Sequence record: OP889247.1
Reading direction: 5' to 3' (one strand)
DNA: 64,000 nt
Of the stretch, positions 8,758 through 18,372 are shown in pieces (the first letter of the stretch is position 1; each line of letters starts with the position of its first letter). The notes under the pieces are model-generated. The model did not search any database, was not told where the DNA came from, and saw only the letters and a program-made list of their open reading frames with translations. The position numbers and the translations under genes are program-made.

Positions 8758-11169
8758 ATGAACGGCGGAACACTTCTAGGTCGTAATAACCAGATGTTTA
8801 ACAACAATAACAGTAACCAACCGCAAGGTAATCAGCAACAACCCCAAGGTAATATGAATCAAGGTAATCAGTTGCTTGGTCAGCTGATCCAATTGTCAAA
8901 GGGTGGTGCTAACCTTAATCAACAAGGTGGCGGTTCTAGTAGTCTGTATAACTTTAATAATGGTAGTGATCCGTCTTTTAACCAATTCCTTGATCTTAGC
9001 GATGCTCAGAGCAATGAGATCCTTAAGGGACAATCATTAGCTGAAGCAAGTCAACTTGCTGGTGTAGTTTTGCAACATGGATTTAGACGTATTCAAGGTC
9101 CGTATTACAACGCTATTCGCCAAGGTATGGAGTTGTTCCGTCGACTGGATCGCAACGCTCCACATTTGGTAGATGATACTAGTGAGCTGTTCTATAACCA
9201 GATCATGAGTAACAACAACTTGTACAATCATATTGTCGCTAATAGCTGTTTGCAGCTTTCTGCTTTGGCCGCTATGCGACTAATGAATGGTGAGAACATT
9301 CGCGGGAACGCTAATGTAATTACCGAGATGATTGTAGATGCGGTTGGTGCGACCTGTGGTCTCCAGTTGTTGGATTGGATTTGTAAGAATCCTAATGGTT
9401 CTACTATCTTCCATAACTCCAGTCAGAACTTTAAAGCTCTCCTTCGTCGTATTGAAGGTTGCTGGGATAGTATCAAAGCACGATACGATTTTATCCCTGG
9501 TTCTGTAATCCCCTGGGAACGTGGACAGTTGACAGCTACCATGCGTAAAAATGATCTCCCTAATTACTTGCTTGATGCAAGAATGGGATTTAACTTTGAA
9601 GGTTTGATCGGTAACAGTTATCAAGCTGTGCAAGATCTTACTCCTTCCCACCATACTGTTAAAGATCATAATCAGGGAATCGATCCGGCTGGTTACCAAT
9701 TGATGATGGATTACTTCAATCGCACCAAGTGTTCTGTTGAAGACGGCACATACCCAACTGCCCCTAGTAAGGAAGAACGAGTTCAACAACGTCAAGATTA
9801 TCATAACGTTAATGATTTTGACCGCGAAGTTAAATCCACTAAGTACTTTACTATGGATACTCGTTTTGATTATCACTTTGACGATTACTTCGTTCAGATT
9901 GGTGATACTGGTTGGTACGTTGCTGAGAACCAAGTCATGATCGATGTCATGTCCAAGTTCACCAACATTAACACTGGTAAGAAATTTGTTAAATCTGAAG
10001 TGTTCTATCTTAACCTTGAATGGGTTTCACTGTGTCGTTTTGATGTAGCTAACGGAACTGCTGAAATCAAATTCTTACGTATCCCAGGAGAAGATGCATT
10101 GAGATTCGCTCTTACAGACCCGAATCGTGTTCTTCCATTCATGTGGGAACACAATGGAGAAGTTGTTTCCTCGTTTGTTGCTAATCCGGCAGAAACCAAT
10201 GACTTTGTTCGTGATAATAAAGTTATTAGTCTGGGTGAAATGCAACCTCTGGAGAAAGAACCGAACATCCTGTCTTCCAGCAATGTAGTTAAAGTAAACT
10301 CTGAAAGTGAAGCTTTTGCTAAGGTAGATGCTTCTCTGAAGACTTTTGACAAGCAAAATCATCTTGATGCATTCATTATGGCAACTGAACTGAATGCACC
10401 ATTTACATTTGAAGAAGGAGTTGAATCAAAGAAATTCTACGAGATGTTTAACACCTTGGTTATTGGAGAAGAATTGGATTACTCTAATAGCTACGACATG
10501 TTCAAGTCTTTGGAACGTAAAGTTAAACAATTCGGTTCTGCGATGTTTGAACAGTTCCTGCGTGCTCAACTGACCAACTTGGTTAATCGTTGGTTGAATG
10601 AGTGTCGTGGTTTCCCAGCAGAAAACGATGGTGTAAACTTCTTTGTTAAACTTGATGATCTGTTTGACGACCTGGATGCTTTCTGTGAGTTGTTGAAGAA
10701 TAAAGATCATGAGTCACTTCGCGCTTTCCTAAACCTGGCTGATAATGAATTCCTGAAAAGTAATTTGCAATTTATCAAACCGGCTAAAGAAACTGAAGAA
10801 GATCTGTTTAAGAATGTAGATAAAGATGATGCAGTAGCTGTAGCAGTTGCTACTAATGAGTTTGCTCAGTCAGTCGTATTCAAACGCCAAGTTATGATTA
10901 CCCAACTGAGAAAAGAGATCGGCCCTGTAAGTAACGATAAAGTAACTTTGATGGAATCACTTTCACCAGCAGTATTTGCTATTGTGAAAGAAGCACGTAA
11001 ACGTTCAGAGTTGTTGTTTGGACGTCAAGTTCCTGTGTTGCTGGAATTTGAAACTCCAAGTGGTAATCACACTCGTTCTGCTACGTACTGTGATTTTGAT
11101 CAATCTGTTATGAACATCTCGGCACTGAAAGGTCTGGGTGAACTTATCTTACTTCGTACTGTAGATTAA
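8758..11169 (+). CDS. Large hypothetical protein with N/Q/G-rich low-complexity N-terminus
   Basis: 803-aa ORF; first ~70 aa dominated by N, Q, G and S. Confidence 0.8.
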   Translation: MNGGTLLGRNNQMFNNNNSNQPQGNQQQPQGNMNQGNQLLGQLIQLSKGGANLNQQGGGSSSLYNFNNGSDPSFNQFLDLSDAQSNEILKGQSLAEASQLAGVVLQHGFRRIQGPYYNAIRQGMELFRRLDRNAPHLVDDTSELFYNQIMSNNNLYNHIVANSCLQLSALAAMRLMNGENIRGNANVITEMIVDAVGATCGLQLLDWICKNPNGSTIFHNSSQNFKALLRRIEGCWDSIKARYDFIPGSVIPWERGQLTATMRKNDLPNYLLDARMGFNFEGLIGNSYQAVQDLTPSHHTVKDHNQGIDPAGYQLMMDYFNRTKCSVEDGTYPTAPSKEERVQQRQDYHNVNDFDREVKSTKYFTMDTRFDYHFDDYFVQIGDTGWYVAENQVMIDVMSKFTNINTGKKFVKSEVFYLNLEWVSLCRFDVANGTAEIKFLRIPGEDALRFALTDPNRVLPFMWEHNGEVVSSFVANPAETNDFVRDNKVISLGEMQPLEKEPNILSSSNVVKVNSESEAFAKVDASLKTFDKQNHLDAFIMATELNAPFTFEEGVESKKFYEMFNTLVIGEELDYSNSYDMFKSLERKVKQFGSAMFEQFLRAQLTNLVNRWLNECRGFPAENDGVNFFVKLDDLFDDLDAFCELLKNKDHESLRAFLNLADNEFLKSNLQFIKPAKETEEDLFKNVDKDDAVAVAVATNEFAQSVVFKRQVMITQLRKEIGPVSNDKVTLMESLSPAVFAIVKEARKRSELLFGRQVPVLLEFETPSGNHTRSATYCDFDQSVMNISALKGLGELILLRTVD

Positions 11170-11195
11170 AGAGTTATTCGCGAATAAATCTAAAG

Positions 11196-11223
11196 CCTAT
11201 ACCTGGAACGATCCAGGTATAGG
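11196..11223 (+). terminator. Hairpin terminator
   Basis: CCTATACCTGGA-acga-TCCAGGTATAGG, 12-bp stem after the 803-aa gene. Confidence 0.7.
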
Positions 11224-11349
11224 TCTATTTCGTCGTGTAATTCTTTTTAAGCAATTGTTTATGTTAATCCAACAGAATGTATGGGATACTTGTTACTATT
11301 GATTAGAAAGCGTTATATAAGCTTTGGTGTTATTTTAAGATCCAAGAAA

Positions 11350-11370
11350 TCTCAGACCTATATTACTATA
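11350..11370 (+). promoter_or_regulatory. Early promoter-like site containing TATATTAC
   Basis: TATATTAC at 11359..11366 matches the reported phiKZ early consensus; context TCAGAccTATATTACT resembles the TCAGAtaGATATTATT motif. Confidence 0.45.
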
Positions 11371-11438
11371 GTGTATAAACATGACAAGTGTTTATCATAT
11401 TCAGATATTTTCCACAAGTCTAGATAAGGAATGTAATT

Positions 11439-11888
11439 ATGCCTATTATTAACACTTCTGCTCTGAACCTGAACTCCGACATGTCCGCTCCAGCGCCTAC
11501 CGTATCTACCAACACTGATAATCTCAGTCCGAACAAATGGATCGTTGCTGGCGTAGCTATCTCCGCTGCTCTGGCTGTTAACCTGACCGAACAGGTTAAA
11601 GAAGATCGTTTTGATCTGGTGTCAAACGTTGCAACTGTAAGCGCTGCTGTGCTGGCTGGTGGTGTATCGTACAAGCTAGCCAAAGACGTTGAAGGCGTAC
11701 CTACTTCACTAGTGGCCACTATGGGTGGTTCCTTGGGGATCCTGTCATCAGTAGTTGTAGCGCCTGCTGTTAACGTTCTGGGTAACAAGGTTAAAGATCA
11801 CTTCTCTACCAAGGTAGAAGAACAACCTGTTATGATCGTTGATAACGATGCACTACAGGAATACCTGGAACAGAAAGAAGTTGCATAA
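11439..11888 (+). CDS. Small membrane-associated protein, strongly codon-optimised
   Basis: 149 aa, three hydrophobic Ala/Val/Gly-rich segments, SD AAGGA, capsid-like codon usage. Confidence 0.75.
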   Translation: MPIINTSALNLNSDMSAPAPTVSTNTDNLSPNKWIVAGVAISAALAVNLTEQVKEDRFDLVSNVATVSAAVLAGGVSYKLAKDVEGVPTSLVATMGGSLGILSSVVVAPAVNVLGNKVKDHFSTKVEEQPVMIVDNDALQEYLEQKEVA

Positions 11889-11894
11889 TAAGTT

Positions 11895-11926
11895 TTCCTA
11901 CCTACCCTTAATTGGGTAGGTAGGAA
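11895..11926. terminator. Bidirectional hairpin terminator
   Basis: TTCCTACCTACCC-ttaatt-GGGTAGGTAGGAA between convergent genes. Confidence 0.8.
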
Positions 11927-11940
11927 CTTAAGATTTTTTT

Positions 11941-12894
11941 TTATTCTTTATTGTCTTCAACAATCTTTTTAAGTTTACTAATTCCAGATTCAATTTGTAA
12001 AATTTGGTTATCACAATGTTTAATCAAAGAGGTATTATTATTAGAAGCTTGAACCATGTGTTTACACAGTTTTTCAATTTCTTTTCCACGTTTGATAAAG
12101 ACTTCTTCTTTATCATTCAAATACTTCTTCGCTATTTCATTGTTATACTCAAGATCTTTGGTAACTTCAGCAAGACCTTGGGTTGCGACGTTCCGCATTT
12201 CTTGATAAAGCCCTTGGAGAGTTACTAGCGGAGCAATAGTTTTAAAAGAACTTATGAAGGTTGCAGGGGTCTTAATATCGTTAAAAACTTTATGCTCGGA
12301 TGCCACCTTATTAATCTTTTCATAAATTTCTTTAATCTCTTTAAACTTAAAACCTGAATCTGAAACTTTAGGACCAGGGACGTTCTCAACATCAAACCAT
12401 TTTAACAAAGCCTCATGCTGACCGGCTGTGTATGTGTCCTTAAACTTATAGTAATGATCAAAAGCAAGTGCAACCTCTTTGTTTTCCATGAGGTTTGTGA
12501 TGCGCACCATTTGTTTTTCAATCCTCTCCTTTGCTTCTTGAGTAAGTCCTGTAATTTCCACTGGTTTTACATTAGTTAAAAAAGTTAACTGACTCTTAGT
12601 ACTTTTAACTGCATCATCAATAGTTTTAGTTTGTTTAGATCCTTTACTACCAAAGAAGAAATCTCTAATAGCTTTCAAGAAGTTCTTAATCATTTCATAA
12701 ACTTTTTGAGCCCCAGCTTTCACAGAACCCATGAAACTCTCAGAACCTTCTCTGCCTTTAAAATCTACACCGTTGAGTTTCAATACCGTCTTGGCATAAA
12801 CAGAATCTGGAGAAGTAAGATCACCATTAGAAAGAGATTCAAAACCAGTTAAAGTACTTAATACATGTTCAAGATTATCAATATCGACATTCAT
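11941..12894 (-). CDS. Putative virion head protein, paralog B
   Basis: N-terminal ~84 aa nearly identical to 20..943; C-terminus not visibly similar. Confidence 0.6.
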   Translation of the reverse strand: MNVDIDNLEHVLSTLTGFESLSNGDLTSPDSVYAKTVLKLNGVDFKGREGSESFMGSVKAGAQKVYEMIKNFLKAIRDFFFGSKGSKQTKTIDDAVKSTKSQLTFLTNVKPVEITGLTQEAKERIEKQMVRITNLMENKEVALAFDHYYKFKDTYTAGQHEALLKWFDVENVPGPKVSDSGFKFKEIKEIYEKINKVASEHKVFNDIKTPATFISSFKTIAPLVTLQGLYQEMRNVATQGLAEVTKDLEYNNEIAKKYLNDKEEVFIKRGKEIEKLCKHMVQASNNNTSLIKHCDNQILQIESGISKLKKIVEDNKE

Positions 12895-12904
12895 TTATTT
12901 TATT
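12643..12904 (-). repeat. Inverted repeat, copy 2 (262 bp; partner 10..271)
   Basis: Includes 12734..12822, the exact reverse complement of 92..180. Confidence 0.95.
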
Positions 12905-12934
12905 CCTTTGGTTAAATACAAAGCATTTATAAAG

Positions 12935-12965
12935 TTATACACCTACCTTCTTGATAGGTGTATAA
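12935..12965. terminator. Hairpin after the portal gene
   Basis: TTATACACCTA / TAGGTGTATAA 11-bp stem. Confidence 0.55.
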
Positions 12966-12978
12966 AGATTAGTTATTT

Positions 12979-15906
12979 TTATTCTTCGTCAGGAAGTTTA
13001 TCCTCGGGAGCTACTTCTTCCTCATCATTTTCATTAGAGGTGTTTTCGTCTACCACAATGTCAGGATCAGCTGCCGGTAATTCATCTTCAGCAAATGGAT
13101 CAGTGTCGTTACTACCACCACTTAAAAATGAATCACCTCCACCCATTGGATCTACTTGAGTTTCATCGACACCAGGTTCATTACCTTCCGGTTCATCAAA
13201 CTTGGTATCTTGTTTCTCTTTCTTCTCAACGAGCTTCTTCATTTCCCTACGAGGTTTCTCTTGACCTTTGACATACTCACCAAGGAACTTAATTACGTTA
13301 CATTGCAAGTTAGTAATATCATTGACCATACTCAACATACCACCTCCATCACCATTATTAAGAATCATCTCAAATGGAGAAGGAATGTTAAAACGCTCAA
13401 AAGCATGTTGTAACAGAGCGGCTTTAATCTGACCAAGAAGTTCATCAGGCTCAATATTAAGTTCTTCAGCTTTCTTCTCAATGAACTTAACACCGCCGCC
13501 CATTTCTATCCAAGCAGAAACGAGCTTATTAATAGATTCGATCTTATCTTCGATCTTGTTAATAGTCTCGTTAATAGCCGGAGAAGGAAGTTCCACAAAG
13601 AAGTTATTGATAAAGTCAAGCAATACCATTTCAACATCATCTATTTCCTGAGATTGTTCCTCAGGAGTAATAACTTCTACGCCATCGCCTTCAACGTTCT
13701 CAGGATCCTGTTCTTCTTCCTTTTTCTTCTTACCTTTCTTAGTTCCTTCTACTTCCAACTCTTGCGCTTCTTCTTTTACTTCTTCAGAATCACGTTGAGC
13801 ATGAAGGGAACCAGTTTGATCAGGTTTACTATAAAGAGCTTTGTTCTCTTTAATAATAGTAATTAGATCAGTAAGAAGTGGTTCATTACACCGAATGTGT
13901 TTCTTCATAAAGTCTGAGAAGAAACCACTAAACAAGCGAGACCATTCAGCAGTTTGATTACGAAGTAGTTCTTGATCAGCAAGAGCTTCAATAGCAAAGT
14001 CATTACCTTCACCAGTGTCTTCCAACCAACTGCGTTTCAAGCAGAAATAACCAGCAATAGTATTAAGCAAACCTTCTTTACTAGACGGGTCAATAGTCTT
14101 CAAAGGTTCACGTTGCATCTGACTAGTTTCGATAGTAGGTGCAATAACATGTTTGTTATCACCAGCATCTACCTTAATAGTCAGACTCTGTTCTTTAAAG
14201 CGATCCAGTACAGCGTCAATACTAACGTTGTTATAACCCATGATATCGTGAAGAGTCGGGTTATTAGCGAAGTACTCATCCCGTACCAGTGCAATAGTGT
14301 TACGAGCATTGACATCTTCTTTCTCTAAACCAATACGAAGTTCAGAGTGAGAAATGGCATTCTCAACGTTAGCCAATATATCGGCAGTTTCCAGAATAGC
14401 TAAACGAGTAATGTGAAGTTTAGCTTCTTCAACCAAAGAACGACCAATACCAGCGTTAGAGAAGTCTACAGCGATATATGTGACGTATTCAGCAGGAACA
14501 AATACACAACGTACACCTTGCTGTTTAAATGCACGAGATAAGAATAGTTTCTTATTATTCTCGCTCAGTGAAACAGTTACCGATTTCTCCAGATCACCAT
14601 TAATGAAACCCTCAATGAACTCTTTCTCCAAAATAGCTGAGCTCATTTCTACCATCCACTCCATGTCAAGATTACACTCTTCACCCTGAGCAATCTGACG
14701 GATATGGTTAGCCATTTCATTAACTGAACCAAATGCTGGTCGCTGTGTTCCACCTGTATTATAAAACTTACTATCGCTAGTAGATTTCAGGTATTCACCA
14801 GTCTTAGGATCAACCATCAAGATGTAACCAAATGGTTTACCAATCTCACCGTTAACATGAACAGGAATACATGCTTCACTAGGAACGTGGTAAGTAACAC
14901 CTAATCCACGACCAGTACCAGTGTAGAACTTACTTTGACGAACAGAGAGATGTTCATTATAACCAAAGTTACGATTAGGATATAACTTACTTAATTGTTG
15001 ATCTAAAGATTTCTTCTCAGCAATAGCTACATTATTAGCATTAGTTTTATGACGAGTGTGTTTCTTTTTCTCAAAGACATTACCCAACACAGTTTGTAGA
15101 GTTTCTTGACCAGCTAAACTTGCTAAGCGATCTGCTCTGAGTTTCTGTTTAACTTCACCAACCTTCAATACGTTTACGTTATCGGTGAAAGTCCAACCTA
15201 ATGCGTCATTAACTAAGTTATACTCAGCCCCAGCTTCAGGGAGTTTACCGTACAGAGATTCAAATCCAGTTAGCTCATTAGCTGGTTTAGTTTTACGAAT
15301 AAAACCGATGTTACGAACTTTAGTGTAAGTTTCATCAGCATAAACCTGACTCAGTTGAGCTGTAGCTACTGTTTTGAAACTTTCTGTACCGGCGAGTTCA
15401 TAACCATTGATAAGATGGTCTAAAGCTGAATGAGGAAGATTTAACAAGACATATGAACCAGTACGGCACAGAACGTCTTTAATAATTTGAGCTGGCATTT
15501 CTTCAAAGGGATATTCTACTGTAAAGTAGTTTTCTACCCTTTGTAGCAGTGCATCATGCAACTTACCATTTTTTACAGCAGAACTAGTGGTGTCATACTG
15601 TAGAATATCTTGATTACCATTTGGTTTAAGAAGTAGTGTAGTCCAGATCTGTTCAGCACGTTTGATGTAATGTGTAACAGTGCGAAGATCATTAGCAGCC
15701 TGGATATTACTACTGATAATTTCTGATAAACGTTTAACTTTACGAATAGGAGCCTTGGCGCTCTCTTCTACCCGTTTTTCGCTACGGTGTTCCCTGTCTC
15801 TTACTAACAGTGCTTGGAGTCCTTTCTCCAAAGGAGAGGGGTTCTTTGTCCTGCTACTAAGAGCAGCGCGATCAATCGGTTTAAAACCTTTCGGTAGTCC
15901 ACTCAC
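12979..15906 (-). CDS. Portal protein (phiKZ gp129-like)
   Basis: 975 aa, divergent from a ~700-aa virion gene as in the phiKZ gp128/gp129 arrangement; N-terminal G-x-E motifs (AGTESF, TGFESL, AGQETL); acidic C-terminal tail. Confidence 0.7.
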   Translation of the reverse strand: MSGLPKGFKPIDRAALSSRTKNPSPLEKGLQALLVRDREHRSEKRVEESAKAPIRKVKRLSEIISSNIQAANDLRTVTHYIKRAEQIWTTLLLKPNGNQDILQYDTTSSAVKNGKLHDALLQRVENYFTVEYPFEEMPAQIIKDVLCRTGSYVLLNLPHSALDHLINGYELAGTESFKTVATAQLSQVYADETYTKVRNIGFIRKTKPANELTGFESLYGKLPEAGAEYNLVNDALGWTFTDNVNVLKVGEVKQKLRADRLASLAGQETLQTVLGNVFEKKKHTRHKTNANNVAIAEKKSLDQQLSKLYPNRNFGYNEHLSVRQSKFYTGTGRGLGVTYHVPSEACIPVHVNGEIGKPFGYILMVDPKTGEYLKSTSDSKFYNTGGTQRPAFGSVNEMANHIRQIAQGEECNLDMEWMVEMSSAILEKEFIEGFINGDLEKSVTVSLSENNKKLFLSRAFKQQGVRCVFVPAEYVTYIAVDFSNAGIGRSLVEEAKLHITRLAILETADILANVENAISHSELRIGLEKEDVNARNTIALVRDEYFANNPTLHDIMGYNNVSIDAVLDRFKEQSLTIKVDAGDNKHVIAPTIETSQMQREPLKTIDPSSKEGLLNTIAGYFCLKRSWLEDTGEGNDFAIEALADQELLRNQTAEWSRLFSGFFSDFMKKHIRCNEPLLTDLITIIKENKALYSKPDQTGSLHAQRDSEEVKEEAQELEVEGTKKGKKKKEEEQDPENVEGDGVEVITPEEQSQEIDDVEMVLLDFINNFFVELPSPAINETINKIEDKIESINKLVSAWIEMGGGVKFIEKKAEELNIEPDELLGQIKAALLQHAFERFNIPSPFEMILNNGDGGGMLSMVNDITNLQCNVIKFLGEYVKGQEKPRREMKKLVEKKEKQDTKFDEPEGNEPGVDETQVDPMGGGDSFLSGGSNDTDPFAEDELPAADPDIVVDENTSNENDEEEVAPEDKLPDEE

Positions 15907-15932
15907 GTTTATATTCTCCCTTAGGAAACATT

Positions 15933-18041
15933 ATGCTAGACAATGTAGAGTTTAACGCTTATATCCAAAAGACGATCGCATTCGCTCGTACTATTGTGAT
16001 TAAGTGTGAAGATCTCGCATTGCTTGATAACCGGTTGATGGAACAGTACTACGGGATTAACTCCGGGACAGATAAGTCCAAATGGCGTTATTATCTCCAC
16101 CTCAATGGCGAGTATCATAGCACTGATGAGATCATGAAAGTACAGTCACTAGATAATAGTGACGTTATTGATTTTACAAAGGCTAATCTGGATATTCATC
16201 CAGCCACTAAACGTGCATATAGACTAGGTAGTTACTACTACACTAGACTTACGGAAAAATATCCAGCTCAGTCTAATTTAATTAATGGTATTATAAACCC
16301 GATTCCACCTTCGGAATCCATACCAGCAAATAATTACCAAATCCTAAGATATAACAAAGATTATGTCCTTTGGAATGAGTATCAGTTGATTCCTGCTTTG
16401 CAAGAACATATTAATACCATGGTAATGACATCTTTCAAAACTGAGTATCTGTATACAGATAACTTGATGTTAACTATTTTGCTAGGTAATTTATATGCTT
16501 CACTAGTCTCAGCTATTTTGATGATTAGGGAAGAGGCCGAAGGTACTCGTTATGTACACGAATTCCACATCTGGTCAAAGTTAACAAGTCACGGTATTAG
16601 TCCGATCTATAAATCAGTGCTTGATAACAAACAAACCATGTGGCTTTATCGTAATATCGATTGGGTGCTTCGTAAGCAAGGTAGAATGCAAACCTTTGAC
16701 TCTTTAGTGGATATTATCCTTACCCATAGAAACATTCCACTAGCAAGACATGAGGCTCTACAAACTACTACCGACCAGTTAGAGAAACTAGTCCCTACCC
16801 CAGCGTTTATTTCTAGGCCAGTTAACTTACAAAATAAACTTGGTTTATCAAGCCGGATGTTAACTGTTAATGAGTTGATTGTTAAGGAAAACAAAGTAGC
16901 TATTGATAACGCACAGGAAGAGTCCTACAGCATCGCAACGGCGGAGTACGACATCTCTACTGGCGTGCACTCAGACATCCCCACAAAGGTGTTAGAGTCC
17001 ACTATGGTGGATGCTACAGATCGCAACCCAAATACGATCATGAGAGTTCTTCATAATCACTGGATTTATTTAACGGCTAATGATCTTTATCAAATCAACC
17101 ACGATTTCGTTGACTTTAGAACCGGAACACACTTTAAATTATCTACTAAAGATGCCTACATTCTCTGGGCTTACTTACTAGATAGAAATAGAAAAACTAC
17201 TCAAGAGTTTATTCCAGCTTACACTTACTTTAACGTAAGAAAGATCCTGCCTCCTAACTACCTTGTCTTAATGGGATTGGGAGATAAAGATATTCTCACT
17301 GAGGATGTTGCAAAAGACATTCTTAAAGTAACTGTTGAGTATTCAAGGATTATTTCTCCTGATGTATTTTTCCTTAAAGCAAAAGAGATCTTTGATAAAC
17401 AGTGGGATCATCGTAAACTCTATTCCAGAGTACTAAACCTTTTTACTCACACCAGAGTTAAAAATGCGGTAGAGAGTTTATATGAAACCGGGGCTGTTAA
17501 GTTAACCAATGAAACACGTTATAAAGATTGGTTAAATAAACTAGAACTTAACTTTGATGATTACAGTGAAGACGATTGTTTAGAATTGGCTTGGAACATC
17601 TGGAAGAAAGTAACAGGATGGGAAAATGCTGCATTCATGACAATTGCCGATCAACAGAAACAGTTGATTAACTTGATGAGAGATCTCACCAGTTACACTG
17701 TCCAGTACATCGGTTCTACTACTGAAGGTGAGGTAGAAGGACAAATCCAGTTAATGGATTTAGTTGATTCTGATATTTGGTCTCCTAATTCAGAAACCGG
17801 ATTAGAGTCTGATAATAAAGATCAGCTTGTACTAGATGCATTAAAGGGTACTAAGGAAGCTAGTTTAACAGCTAAAGAGTATCGAGGTTCTCCAGAAGGT
17901 AATATGGTGGATCACTTAGAAATCGAATCGTCAGGTTCTGGTGATATTCCTATTAATAGTTATTTGAAATACGTAGAAGCTGAACCTGATTTCTCTCCAT
18001 TCCATTTAAATGTCGGGTTAAGACTTCGAGAAGCTGTTTAA
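15933..18041 (+). CDS. Virion structural protein (phiKZ gp128-like, possibly baseplate)
   Basis: 702 aa; KWRYYLHLNGEYH / QSLD N-terminal motif recalled from this family; divergent from the portal gene. Confidence 0.6.
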   Translation: MLDNVEFNAYIQKTIAFARTIVIKCEDLALLDNRLMEQYYGINSGTDKSKWRYYLHLNGEYHSTDEIMKVQSLDNSDVIDFTKANLDIHPATKRAYRLGSYYYTRLTEKYPAQSNLINGIINPIPPSESIPANNYQILRYNKDYVLWNEYQLIPALQEHINTMVMTSFKTEYLYTDNLMLTILLGNLYASLVSAILMIREEAEGTRYVHEFHIWSKLTSHGISPIYKSVLDNKQTMWLYRNIDWVLRKQGRMQTFDSLVDIILTHRNIPLARHEALQTTTDQLEKLVPTPAFISRPVNLQNKLGLSSRMLTVNELIVKENKVAIDNAQEESYSIATAEYDISTGVHSDIPTKVLESTMVDATDRNPNTIMRVLHNHWIYLTANDLYQINHDFVDFRTGTHFKLSTKDAYILWAYLLDRNRKTTQEFIPAYTYFNVRKILPPNYLVLMGLGDKDILTEDVAKDILKVTVEYSRIISPDVFFLKAKEIFDKQWDHRKLYSRVLNLFTHTRVKNAVESLYETGAVKLTNETRYKDWLNKLELNFDDYSEDDCLELAWNIWKKVTGWENAAFMTIADQQKQLINLMRDLTSYTVQYIGSTTEGEVEGQIQLMDLVDSDIWSPNSETGLESDNKDQLVLDALKGTKEASLTAKEYRGSPEGNMVDHLEIESSGSGDIPINSYLKYVEAEPDFSPFHLNVGLRLREAV

Positions 18042-18049
18042 GGATAAAG

Positions 18050-18370
18050 ATGCAACGACTAAAAGACCGTTATCCTGATAGTCGTTCTTTCCATGTATTG
18101 GCTAATCAAGAACAGGAAGTTCTACTCCTACTTGATAACAGACATGTGAAGCACGAAAAGGATAACTTAGCATATCTCACTGGAATACTAGATAAAACGA
18201 ATAAACCTGATTTAAATGAACGTGATGTAGTTAGTCACGTATTTGAAAAGTATCCGTTTTTGTATTCTGAAGATATTGAAAAGATTCAAGAGTTCGATAA
18301 CTACTTTACAGTAAGTGTTTATCCTAACACACTTATTCACTTTGGACAGTTTAATATCTATAAGGGTTAA
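18050..18370 (+). CDS. Hypothetical (probable virion) protein
   Basis: 106 aa, tightly packed in the operon, SD AAGGA. Confidence 0.65.
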   Translation: MQRLKDRYPDSRSFHVLANQEQEVLLLLDNRHVKHEKDNLAYLTGILDKTNKPDLNERDVVSHVFEKYPFLYSEDIEKIQEFDNYFTVSVYPNTLIHFGQFNIYKG

Positions 18371-18372
18371 TC

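Noticed and set aside
11174-11187. 14-bp palindrome TTATTCGCGAATAA
   Set aside because: Single short instance; cannot be separated from chance or from the adjacent terminator
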